In this document: piece by piece, positions 1 through 9,984 of the stretch
Numbering within the stretch: position 1 is the stretch's first letter
Layout: each line of letters begins with the position of its first letter
Assembly: GCF_001194135.2 (NCBI RefSeq)
Contig: NC_068999.1
Coordinates: forward strand, 28,194,029-28,238,077
Source of the DNA: Octopus bimaculoides
Taxonomy: Eukaryota
DNA: 44,049 nt
Reading direction: 5' to 3'
Position numbers and translations under genes: made by a program
The notes under the pieces: generated by a model
Databases searched by the model: none
Seen by the model: only the letters and a program-made list of their open reading frames with translations
What the model was told of the DNA's origin: nothing

Positions 1-195
1 CGGGTGACACGTAAAAGCACCCACTACACTCTCTGAGTGGTTGGCGTTAGGAAGGGCATCCATCTGTAGAAACTCTGCCAAATCAGACTGGAGCCTGGTG
101 TTGCCATCCGGTTTCACCAGTCCTCAGTCAAATCGTCCAACCCATGCTAGCATGGAAAGCGGACGTTAAACGATGATGATGATGATGATGATGAT
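1..195 (+). mobile_element. 3' end of RTE-type LINE (or its SINE partner) with (GAT)n tail
   Basis: Near-identical to the 3' ends at 29827, 35730 and 37215 (CACGTAAAAGCACCCACTACACTC...CCCATGCTAGCATGGAAAGCGGACGTT); ends in a GAT repeat at 172-195. Confidence 0.85.
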
Positions 196-829
196 ATATA
201 TATAAAGGGGATGACTGATAGAAAGGGAAGGAAAATAAGTAGGAAAGAGAGTAAACAAACAGAAAGAAGAAGAGTGAGAGGATAAGTAAGACTAAAATAC
301 AGATCCGAGTGAAATGTGATGAGGTTCTAGAGTAAATAATGTTTAAAAGATTTTAAAAACTTATATGAAAATAAAGGTTATAATACAATGAATATTTTAA
401 CATAAAGTATATGCAATTTTAACCAAATTTTTTAAAATTTAATGGAAATTAAAAATTGAAAAATTGATATTTGTCAGGATCTCGCTTCGCCCTGTCTGAG
501 ATTTGAAACCAAATCCACCCACTTCTTGCTTGTCAAAACAAGCAGGAAATCCTCTCCACATCAGATGGTTGATGAGGAATCATTCGACTCCCTAGGATCT
601 GTGCTGATCAAGGAAATGTCAGTCCTTTGTTTAGGGTTTAACCTTAGTCTTTATAACAGAGAACACTTCCTATCTCTTCCTCATTTTTGTATCAGCAGAC
701 CAAGGAGCAACACGCTCTTCTGCATCAGCCATGACCAAGAGCAACACTTCCCTTTGCCCTTAGCTCGACGTACGAACAGAAGCTTTCGGCTGCAAGGAAG
801 ATGATGCCACCTTTATCCTTTCTAGTCAG

Positions 830-1516
830 TGTAGCAGGATGGTGTAGCAAAAGATGTTGTTGAGGTAGCAGTTGAAATAGGCATATGAACAACATCAAAG
901 TAAAACAATGGGAAAGCATCAGATCGTGGTTTAAATAATTTATTTAATCGACACTTGCATTTACGTGTTGTATACACCAAGAATTTCACAACATGACATT
1001 ACCAACTTGCTTCGAGTTGGCAAAATAGAAAATAAACAGGGGAAATACTGTCGATGTGATGAGGTAGAACTGGGCATGTTTTGTGTCTGTGTGCGCGTTG
1101 GTCATTTGGTCGTGTCTGTTTATGTTCTGCAACAGCTACTGTATTGGGTCGTTCATGCTGATAATGTGGTTCTATGTTGACTGCTTGACTGGCGCAAGTT
1201 AACTGCTGGCTGTCTGCTTGTCTCTTGACCGTTTGCCTGGTGATGGCTATCTCCTCCCTGTTGTATGTCTGACTGTATTTATAATGGTCATAACATCTAA
1301 AAGGAGTAATTTCTACATATGTAGGTCACCTCCTGACCACTTGAACCTTAAAGGACATAGCTCAAGTCGTAGGTGAAAGAGAAATCCATCCATCTTTTTT
1401 GACAGGACAAAGAAATTTCTTTTGCACCTGTTTGGCCAGTGGTGCATCAGATGAATGAGAATCCTTAGATTTGGTTTTGAATCTCAGTTCGGAAAAAGGA
1501 AGTGTTAGTTTTTCCA
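830..1516 (-). mobile_element. LTR-like insertion nested in the first LTR
   Basis: Absent from the second LTR; flanked by TCAG (826-829, 1517-1520); TG...CA ends. TGTAG/CTACA termini delimit 830-1317, with minus-strand TATAAATA (about 1280) upstream of AATAAA (about 940). Confidence 0.6.
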
Positions 1517-1824
1517 TCAGCACCATGCATTCTTTACTCTTTCACTCTCTACTAACAGACAACTTCTACACACTACCAATTACTAACCAGCGAGCCAACC
1601 TTTTTCTATGTTATCACTACAATTACTACCATCTTTTTAACTACCTGTTGAGCAAACGAATAAATGTATATAAATAATATTTCTTCCTTCTTGGTGTTGA
1701 TTCTTTGATGTTCACTGGTTACTCCGATGTGAGGACCTTTAAGCATTACATCTACACACTACATTTGGTAGTGGGCTACATCATATTGACGTAATATGGC
1801 ACGTCACATTCAGCCTGCTACAAT

Positions 1825-1843
1825 TGGTGACCTCCAACGTGAT
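1825..1843 (+). promoter_or_regulatory. Primer-binding site complementary to tRNA-Trp 3' end
   Basis: TGGTGACCTCCAACGTGAT lies 2 nt after the LTR end; the canonical tRNA-Trp PBS is TGGTGACCCCGACGTGAT. Confidence 0.75.
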
Positions 1844-2916
1844 CAGGAATAACGGCCTTCACATCATGCTCATCACATCGAAGACAAGAATTACAACTTC
1901 CACTATACACAGTTTCCGTTTCAACTGTCAGACAACTCGAAGGAAAAGAATTCGTTGACACAAAGGACACCCACCATGCACTTTCGACCTGCCACAGAAT
2001 GCACACACAACATTTCAATGGCTATCCAACCAAAAACTACCTGGATGAAAATATGGAAGCCTGCACATACAACGTTCTCCACAGCCACAGACTTTTCGAA
2101 CGTAATCCTGCCATGCGAACTTTTGTACATAGACTTGAACTTTCTTTGCATGTACATATTTTTGGCCTACATTACTGACCATAGTCTTTATAGCAGAGAA
2201 CACTTCCTATCTCTTCCTCTTTTTTGAATCAGCAGACCAAGGAGCAACACGCTCTTTTGCGCCAGCCATGACCAAGAGCAACACTTTCCTTCGCCCTTAG
2301 CTCGACGTATGAACAGAAGCTTTCAGCCAAAAGAAAAATGATACCACCTTTATCCTTTCTTTCTTTCTAGTCAACACCATGCATTTTTTACTCTTTCACT
2401 CTTTATTGACAGACAACTTCTACATGCGACCAACTACTAACCAGCAAGCCAACCTCTTTCTACACTATCACTACAATTACGACTATCTTTTTAACTACCT
2501 TGTTGGGCAAATGAATAAATGTATGTAAATAATATTTCTTCCTTCTTGGTGTTGATTCTTCAATGTTCACTGGTTGCTCCAACGCGAGGACCTTTAAGCA
2601 TTACATTTATATGTCACATTTGGTAGTAGGCTGCATCATATCAACGTGACATGGTATGTTACATTCAGCTCGCTACATATTTCTAATTCATGGCGAGGTT
2701 ATAGAATTATATTCAAGACTCATTTGAGCTCAACTCAACATTTTGTTGGGTCAAGAATATTTAGTGCTTGACCAATGTCAGCTTGTTTCACTTATTATAT
2801 AACTGCATAAAAAGAATAATATACATTAAAAAAAAACACAATACGCTTCTTTCTTTCATTTTTGCATCAAGAGTAACAGTGATGTGAGTGCGAATATATA
2901 TATATGTACGAGGAAT

Positions 2917-2938
2917 GTGTGTGTGTGTNNNNNNNNNN

Positions 2939-2969
<31 letters not shown>

Positions 2970-3006
2970 CGTGCATGTGTATGTGTGAGTGTGTGCGTGT
3001 ATGCGT
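2917..3006. repeat. (TG)n microsatellite with gap
   Basis: Direct reading; N-run at 2929-2938. Confidence 0.9.
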
Positions 3007-3199
3007 GTATAAATTTTGAATAGAAAGAGGTTGCTCTTACACAGAGATGTGTTTTATCCAAGTGTACTCAGCACAGGTAACAGATTTAGATGGAGTATAT
3101 ATATTATTTAACTTAAGTAAGGAATTTCTGAAGCTAGTGGGTGCTCTATACAGGGACGACACACTTTTTACATGAGATAACCTAATAGGAGATTGGAAA

Positions 3200-4243
3200 T
3201 CTTAATATATAAAGCTGAAGTTGTGTGTCTGTGTGAAGCCTTTTAAAAAGTGTATAGAAATCTACATTTTCCACTTTTTCGTAAAAATTTTTACATCAAT
3301 GGAATTTTCTCGATGTGAACTTTCCAGTGCAGTAATTAGATTTTTAAAATTCCGTTTACTTTGTGTGATTTAAGGGAGATTTAGCTGTTGTTTCTAGCAA
3401 CTTTTATATTTCTTCCCTTCTACCTGGAACGGCGTTCTTACACACGCGCTCAACATATAATTTAGCGAGTAAGAGTAAAAGGGGGGGGAGAGAGAAAGTG
3501 ATACATGCAAAGTCATAGATTAAACTTTCCTCTCAGTATTCTTTACCTATTTTTCATAACGTTACGTAAAAACACACATAACCACACATATGTGATCTGT
3601 GACAACAACATACACATTGCTCTCGTTCTCTATTCATTTCTCCCCCTCTTCCTCTCTCACTCTCTCAAACGCATACACGCGCAAGTAAACACAATCATTC
3701 ACAAAAATATAACTCATGTTCGTCAATGAGGCATAACTTCAGAGTTGGAAGGTCATAACTTTCAGAAAAATGAATATTTTTTAATGAAATTTTCTATGCA
3801 TATATTATTTATTATGTAGATTCCGAATATACAAAACTTTTCGGTAAAAGTGTTTTGGGGAGGGGGTGGGGGACAATTTTCGGAAATTCCTCTTAACTTC
3901 CAGGAAAATGAATATTTTTTCGTGAAATTTTCTACAAATATGCGTATGTATATATGTACATTTCAAGCATGTAGAACTTTTGAAGGAAACAACTGCAGGT
4001 TATTTTTGAGAAGTGTTCCCCACTCGGTGGTGTTTCGGAGCAAGTCGTCCATATTTGTTTCATTTTTCTCTATTATGTGCATCCCTAGATTTCTAATGAA
4101 GTAATAGGCAGTGCAGAGAAGCCGTCATAAGAAAACTTTTAACTAACTCTATTCCTTTCTCCCCCTCTCCCTCTCGCTCTCTCAAACGCATACATGTGCA
4201 AGTACATAATCATTCCGTAAAATATAACTCATGTTCGTCAATG
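3200..4243 (+). mobile_element. Probable non-autonomous Helitron, 5' portion
   Basis: A|TC start followed by TAATATATAAAGCTGAAGTTGTGTGTCTGTGTG, resembling Helitron 5' ends; internal diverged duplication (about 3630-3729 vs 4148-4243). No CTAG 3' end seen. Confidence 0.5.
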
Positions 4244-4248
4244 TTTTG

Positions 4249-4490
4249 TAAATATACCACGATTTTCACTAGGGTGTTAGGGTTTTAGGGTCAGGGTTTA
4301 GGGTTTAGGGTTATGGTTGCGGTTAGGGTTAGGATTAGTGTTACAGTTACGGTTTTAGGGTTACGGTTAGGGTTAGGATTAGTGTTACGGTTACGGTTTT
4401 AGGGTCAGGGTTAGGGTTTTAGGGTTAGTGTTAGGATTAGGATTAGGGTTGGGTGTTAATCTGAAAAATTACAGATATGTGAAAAGTACC
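4249..4490. repeat. Degenerate interstitial (TTAGGG)-like array ending in a GG-type transposon terminus
   Basis: Mixed TTAGGG/TTAGGA/TTACGG/TCAGGG units at about 4271-4455; right end GAAAAGTACC (reverse complement GGTACTTTTC). Positions 4249-4354 are repeated identically at 4623-4728 between gaps. Confidence 0.7.
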
Positions 4491-5099
4491 GACCCTGCCA
4501 TCTATTATAACTTTTGTTGTTCTGTTTAATATATACATAGATTACGCCTCCAAAGAAGAGATTTTGCTGAGGAAAGACAGCAACCGGTTTAAAATGACAG
4601 CAACAGACTGCANNNNNNNNNNTAAATATACCACGATTTTCACTAGGGTGTTAGGGTTTTAGGGTCAGGGTTTAGGGTTTAGGGTTATGGTTGCGGTTAG
4701 GGTTAGGATTAGTGTTACAGTTACGGTTNNNNNNNNNNNNNNNNNNNNNNNNNNNNNNNNNNNNNNNNNNNNNNNNNNNNNNNNNNNNNNNNNNNNNNNN
4801 NNNNNNNNNNNNNNNNNNNNNNNNNNNNATTTATATATAAATAAATATATATATTTATATATAAATAAATATATATATGTATAAATATATATAGGTTGAA
4901 AATATGTGGAAAAGATATAGAGTGGAAGAGAAATGCCTTCGTTTCACATAGTTTAATGTATTTTTAGAAAGAAATGTTTTAAAAACATACATATTTTATG
5001 GATGTCATGATATCCAACTGGTTTTCACTATTTAGATTAGCTTTTCAGGGGACCTTGTGAATTAATCAATACTTGTGATACAGGGGTCTAGCCATTTTG

Positions 5100-6400
5100 G
5101 AAGCTTGAAAAATAAGAATGAGTCTAGAGAGTGGAGCAAGGGAGGCAACAGTATAATTTTTGAAGTGGTCATGTTTGCATATTAAGGTGTGGTCTGTACT
5201 TTTATATGAACAAGTTTTTCTTGTAAGGAGATTGAATCTTTGCATTGGTATAATGGAATGATATAGAAATTCGGCGCTTTATTTCTTGCGCATCTGTCGA
5301 TATGTTCGCTCAGGGCTATCTGTCTGTATTGAGGAAAATAAATCTGTTCTCTATGCAGCGTGACTCTGCGTTTCAAAGTAAGGCTCGTTTGGCCCACATA
5401 ATTGTGGCCACAACCTGAGCACGTTTGGACAGAGATAACGTTCTGGGAAGCACATGTGAAGTTGGTTTTTTTAATTGAGAATTTTTCTCCTTGCTGGAAC
5501 GTGAATTCCAAGCATTCTGTTAGGTATCAGCATGTACCACAATTAGGTTCTCTACATTTTTTAACTATTGGTATCGTATGTATTGAGTATAGTTTTGCAT
5601 TTGCTTGGAGCCTCTTGAGTGATTTGTGTTGTCTTTTGCATTTGTGGCGTTTATATGTATTTAGGATGTTATTCATTTTCGGGTCTTGAGTGAGCAGAGG
5701 GAGATTTTGAATAATTGTGTTGTATGCTTCATTGTTTCTGGGGGTTGTGGGTTGATATGTATGGGAGTGATTTAAAGTGAGGTGTGGTTTTTTGTTTTGT
5801 TGTCCTTAGTGCGTTTTTGTTCAACTTGGCACATTTAATTCCTTGATCTATAAGTGCGGATGGGTATTGACGTTCAATGAGTGTTATTTTGAGATCTTGT
5901 TGGCGAAGTTGTTGTGTCAGATACAATTACAGATCCGTTTTGCTAGATTGAATGGGATATTTATTTTGGTGTGCTTAGGATGGCATGAACTGAAAAGGAT
6001 ATACTGTTTTGAGTCTGTTGGTTTGTAGTAGATGTCAGTTGCAATTTGGTTGTTAGATTTTTTTATAATCAATATGTCCAGAAATGGGAGCTGTTCCTTT
6101 CTATATTACATTGTAAATTGAATATTGGAGTTTATATTGTTCAGTGTGGATTTGAAATCTAGGAGTTTATCATATGTTCCATTCCAGATGATAAAACAAT
6201 TGTCTAGGTACCTTTTCCAGTTTTCTCTTATAATACTGGTGGAAAAAAGATGAGATGTGCTATTTTGTTTCATGATTATATGTTAACTTTTGGCATAACC
6301 GCTAATGAGAATTTCACCTAGCAAATTATTTTATTTGTTAATTAAAGTTTGAAACCAAGATCCAGTGACAAAATATGTAAATGTTTTTATTTTTCATTCC
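5100..6400 (-). mobile_element. Penelope-like element fragment: RT C-terminal half plus GIY-YIG endonuclease (decayed)
   Basis: Minus-strand translation gives RYLDNCFIIW, LPFLDILI, IPFNLAKRI and ERQYP, then FTCASQNVISVQTCSGCGHNYVGQT..KRRVTLH..SEHIDRC (ORF 5182-5511), a GIY-YIG with CCHH-type residues. Stops and frameshifts present. Confidence 0.85.
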
Positions 6401-6653
6401 CTTCAAAATTGCTCTTAACTGTGGTTTGGACTTTGACGGTTCCTTCTAGTGTGTAAGGTGTCCTGTTAGGGTCACCTCTTTTGTGTTTAAATGTACGCTA
6501 ATTTTAAATGAGAAATATATGTATATTCATATACATATCTATATTTTATAGTGTAGTATATTTTATAGTATCCCACATTTCAAAACACTCACAGGCAGAC
6601 TTTCTTTAAAACTTTCAATTCATGCTTTTGTTTAACCACCTTTTCTTTTGTCG

Positions 6654-6870
6654 TGTAGTATTCCACATTTTGAAACGCCTACAATCTGTATTTTTTATTG
6701 AAAAAACTTTTGGAAAAGCCATCATGCATAAATTGGGATTTCTGTTGGTTTTTGTTTTTTGGTTTTTTTCTTTGAGATTTTTATCATGAAAATTGAAATG
6801 AAGAAATGGAAGTATGAATGTTTTCTCTAAAAATGTGTATTACAAATGTTTCAAAATGTGGAATACTACA
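6654..6870. mobile_element. 217-bp MITE-like element with perfect 23-bp terminal inverted repeats
   Basis: TGTAGTATTCCACATTTTGAAAC (6654-6676) is the exact reverse complement of 6848-6870; no clear TSD. Confidence 0.6.
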
Positions 6871-6972
6871 ACATTGAAGTTACATTGTGCTGCATACTTA
6901 GAAGATCCAAACTTATCTTACAGTTAGATCAGTCTTCTTTGCCAAGCAATAAAAGTATGTTTTCTTTTCGTT

Positions 6973-8305
6973 GTGTTTGCTTCATCAGTGATTAACGTTT
7001 GGTTAAGAGCTATTATTTGTAATACAACTATAAACGGATACAAACGAGGAGTCAGTATTTTGTGTTTGAGTAATAGATGGGAAACCATTGATGGTAGGTT
7101 GTCATTGCAGCTTCATCCATTTATTGAAATAGTTATACTTACCCAGTTTGCAGCGCACTGTATAATCCACAGGCAGCATCTAGTTGCAAATAACCTAAGT
7201 GGTAAACTTAACAAGTCATTGAGCACTGTTATTACAGCAGTAAAATCAAGGCACCATACCCACTATTCCCCACTGTTTCTACAGCTCTGTACTGAGAATA
7301 TAAACACTTATTGTTGTACATAGAAGTTTAATGTCTGTCAAAGGAACTGCGTGAAAGTTGTTTTTTCCTTTTTAAAACAGTTCTTGAATTCTTGCAAGAC
7401 TCTTATTCTGTTTCTTGTGATGAACCAAGAAATATTGCTTATATGGCAAATATATTCACAAGGTTCAATGAAGTTAGTATGCAACTGCAAGGAACTGAGG
7501 TTAAATCTTATTAAAATAAAAGTAGCCTTCTCCATGTTTCTGTTCAAGTTACAGCTATTCAAATATTACATAAGCCGTCATTAGTTCTTCCAGTTTCTGA
7601 GCCTCTCTGAACTGGAGAAGGAGAAATGCATACCAGAGGATGACATTCAAGTGTATTATTCACACCTGGATGAGCTGCTCAGGGACATGTCTGATAGATT
7701 TCAGATACTTATTTTTGATTAAAATAGCAGTCTGGGGGATTCCTAAATATTAGTTATGAGGAAACAAGAATAGTGGAGGAAGAACTGACTTCACTTTAAA
7801 ATGACATTGAGTTGAAGCCAAAGTTTTTAAAAAAATCATGTCAAGATTTTTGATTGCAAAAAGGCCTTTCTGACTGCTACCTTGCACTGTGGAATGAAGT
7901 CAAGATGTACTTTGTTGCCTTCCCAAGCTTATAGAGTGAGGCTTCAGTGCAGTTGCTAGATTTTTTATAAGCAAAAAAACAGAATGAAAATTATTGTAAA
8001 TAATTGTGGGAAGCTAAGACTCCACCTTATACCTTTCATCCAGTTGTCGTGAAACTGATATCCCTGCACAATGTACATCCATTGCATTAAAAACAGGAAA
8101 ACAACATAGTTACAGGTGGGATGTAAATTTAGTCTTTCATATTGTAAAAGCAGCAAAATAATGGGTTAATTAGGTTAAGTTTTAATTGTGAAATACAGTT
8201 GTTTTGAATTTGCAGTAGAAACTGATCTATGTTTGTGGTGATGAGAAGGGAGGAGACTAGGAATGTGCCAAGGGGGCAGCAGTTAAAAAAAGGTTGGATT
8301 CCATT
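6973..8305 (+). pseudogene. hAT (Buster/Charlie-like) transposase fossil, 3' half with right terminus
   Basis: HCIIHRQHLVA, LLLYIEV*CLSKGNC, a degenerate FNEVSMQLQG, C-terminal dimerisation-like VAFP...GFSAVA, and terminus AAAAAGGTTGGATTCCATT. Many stops and frameshifts. Confidence 0.85.
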
Positions 8306-8551
8306 TCTCTACACATTGAGTGGAAACTGATATATTTATAATGGCATATTTACTCATTTTATTTACTATTAATAAAAATAGGTGTTAAGCCAAAATTATA
8401 ATTTTACAGCTACATTTTTTGATGCAGAACTGTAGGAATAACAATTTAAAACTGATACAGGAGAAATTTTCATGACTTCTTGTTGCAATATAGGAATCAT
8501 ATTCATTTTCATTTTCATCAACTGATTCTTCATTTAAAACAAGTAATTGGC

Positions 8552-8779
8552 ATTATTTACATTATTTATATTTGACGGATATTTGTCCTCATCTTGTTTG
8601 TTGTTAATACGTTTCGGCTGATATACCCTCCAGCCATCGTCAAGTGTCTTGGGGAAATTTCGAAACTGGGTGTCCCCAAGACACCTGACGAAGGCTGGAG
8701 GGTATATCAGCCGAAACATTGTGTTAACAACAAACAAGATGAGGACAAATATCTGTCAAATGTAAATAATGTAAATAAT
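8552..8779. mobile_element. Palindromic (fold-back) PLE-terminus-like element
   Basis: Arms 8552-8655 and 8673-8779, 17-nt loop, about 5-6 substitutions and one 3-bp indel. Confidence 0.8.
8680..8725 (+). ncRNA. Minimal type I hammerhead-ribozyme-like motif
   Basis: GACAC-CTGACGA-A-GGCTG(GAGGGTATAT)CAGCC-GAAAC-ATT-GTGTT. Cores and stems I and II are present; stem III G is mutated to A. The mirror copy on the minus arm has TTGACGA and GAAACGTA. Confidence 0.65.
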
Positions 8780-9984
8780 TCCTCATCTCTTAAATATAGA
8801 ACTGAAGTAATCGGCAGTTATCAGAGCAATATATGTAACATCTTTAGGAATTTATTGTGGATTTCTTGCATTCTAGAGTCAGGTTCTGTTGAAGTCCACT
8901 TTGCCTTATCCTTCCAAGGTACCAGTCAAGGCAATAGAAAGGAAAAATTTTTACAGCATCACACAGAATGCCTTGTAGTATTTATTCTCACTCTTTATAT
9001 TTTGAGTTCAAATCCTGTTGTAGCTTCATAGGTGACAGATTGAATAAGTCCCCATTTTTACTTATTTCTCTGTCAAGGGGAATTGTTTCTGACTTATCAA
9101 TAAAAAATGCAGGCATCCCCTACATTACAGCTACCTCAGGTTATGGGATTGTGTGCTTATGGAAATTGTAAAGTATGACTAATAATTTCAGGATACAGTC
9201 TGTAATTTCACTCTTACAGAAACTTGGATTGCATAGTTTTAAATTATTAATTTAGGATTACACTTTCTTCTTAGTTCAATGACCACTTATGTTTTAGTTA
9301 AGATCAAAGTATATAGTTAACAATTTGAAAAATTATCATCACATTACATACGTACACACACATGTAACGCACATAATGTGAGTGTGTGTGTGTGTTTCTA
9401 CCTCCAAAACAACCCACCAACAGTAACAGTAATGTACAGTATGAAGAAGTTAAGTAAATCCATTTCAAATGAAAATAATTTGGTATCCTAATCTATTTTA
9501 AAAGTTGAATGGAATGCCTTTGATCTTAGCTTTAAACAGGCACAACAATACATCTAGCAAGAACAATATGACCACCAACACTTGCTCACTGTGACAAACT
9601 TCTAAACCTATGCAACCCACGTCATCACCATATTAACCCACCAACTATGGAATCCAACTGGTTTTAACAGCTATCAGCATGTATGCCAATATGTGCATGT
9701 GTGTGTATGTGTATGAGTGTGTTTATGTCTTACATCGGAAGTGCAAGTGGTGAATTACCTATAAAATCTGGTGACTCTTCAGCTAACTGTAATTATATAG
9801 TACTTTCTCTTCCTCAGTCCATCACTTTTTTCATCTCAATTTCATTATTACATCTATAGGAATAAGACAATTTTCTACTCTCACAACACATCTGTCCTGG
9901 GCAGTTTTTTTTACTTCCTATTTGTTGATCATTAATTACCACTGCTGTTGGATTTACCTACAATTTAAGCTCTCTGGAAAGAAG

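Larger units (their letters stand above)
641..2677 (+). mobile_element. Short non-autonomous Gypsy-like LTR retroelement (two LTRs, PBS, about 350 bp internal region)
   Basis: Direct repeats 641-829+1521-1822 and 2178-2677, about 85% identical by eye, both ending GCTACA and both containing AATAAA. PBS follows the first copy. LTR starts are uncertain (possibly TGT at 617 and 2151) and no TSD was found. Confidence 0.75.

Noticed and set aside
4623-4728. Exact 106-bp duplicate of 4249-4354
   Set aside because: It is 100% identical and sandwiched between two gaps, so most likely a scaffolding overlap artefact.
8534-9031. Mirror ORFs on both strands with near-identical peptides
   Set aside because: They are a consequence of the palindrome and have no protein-family features.
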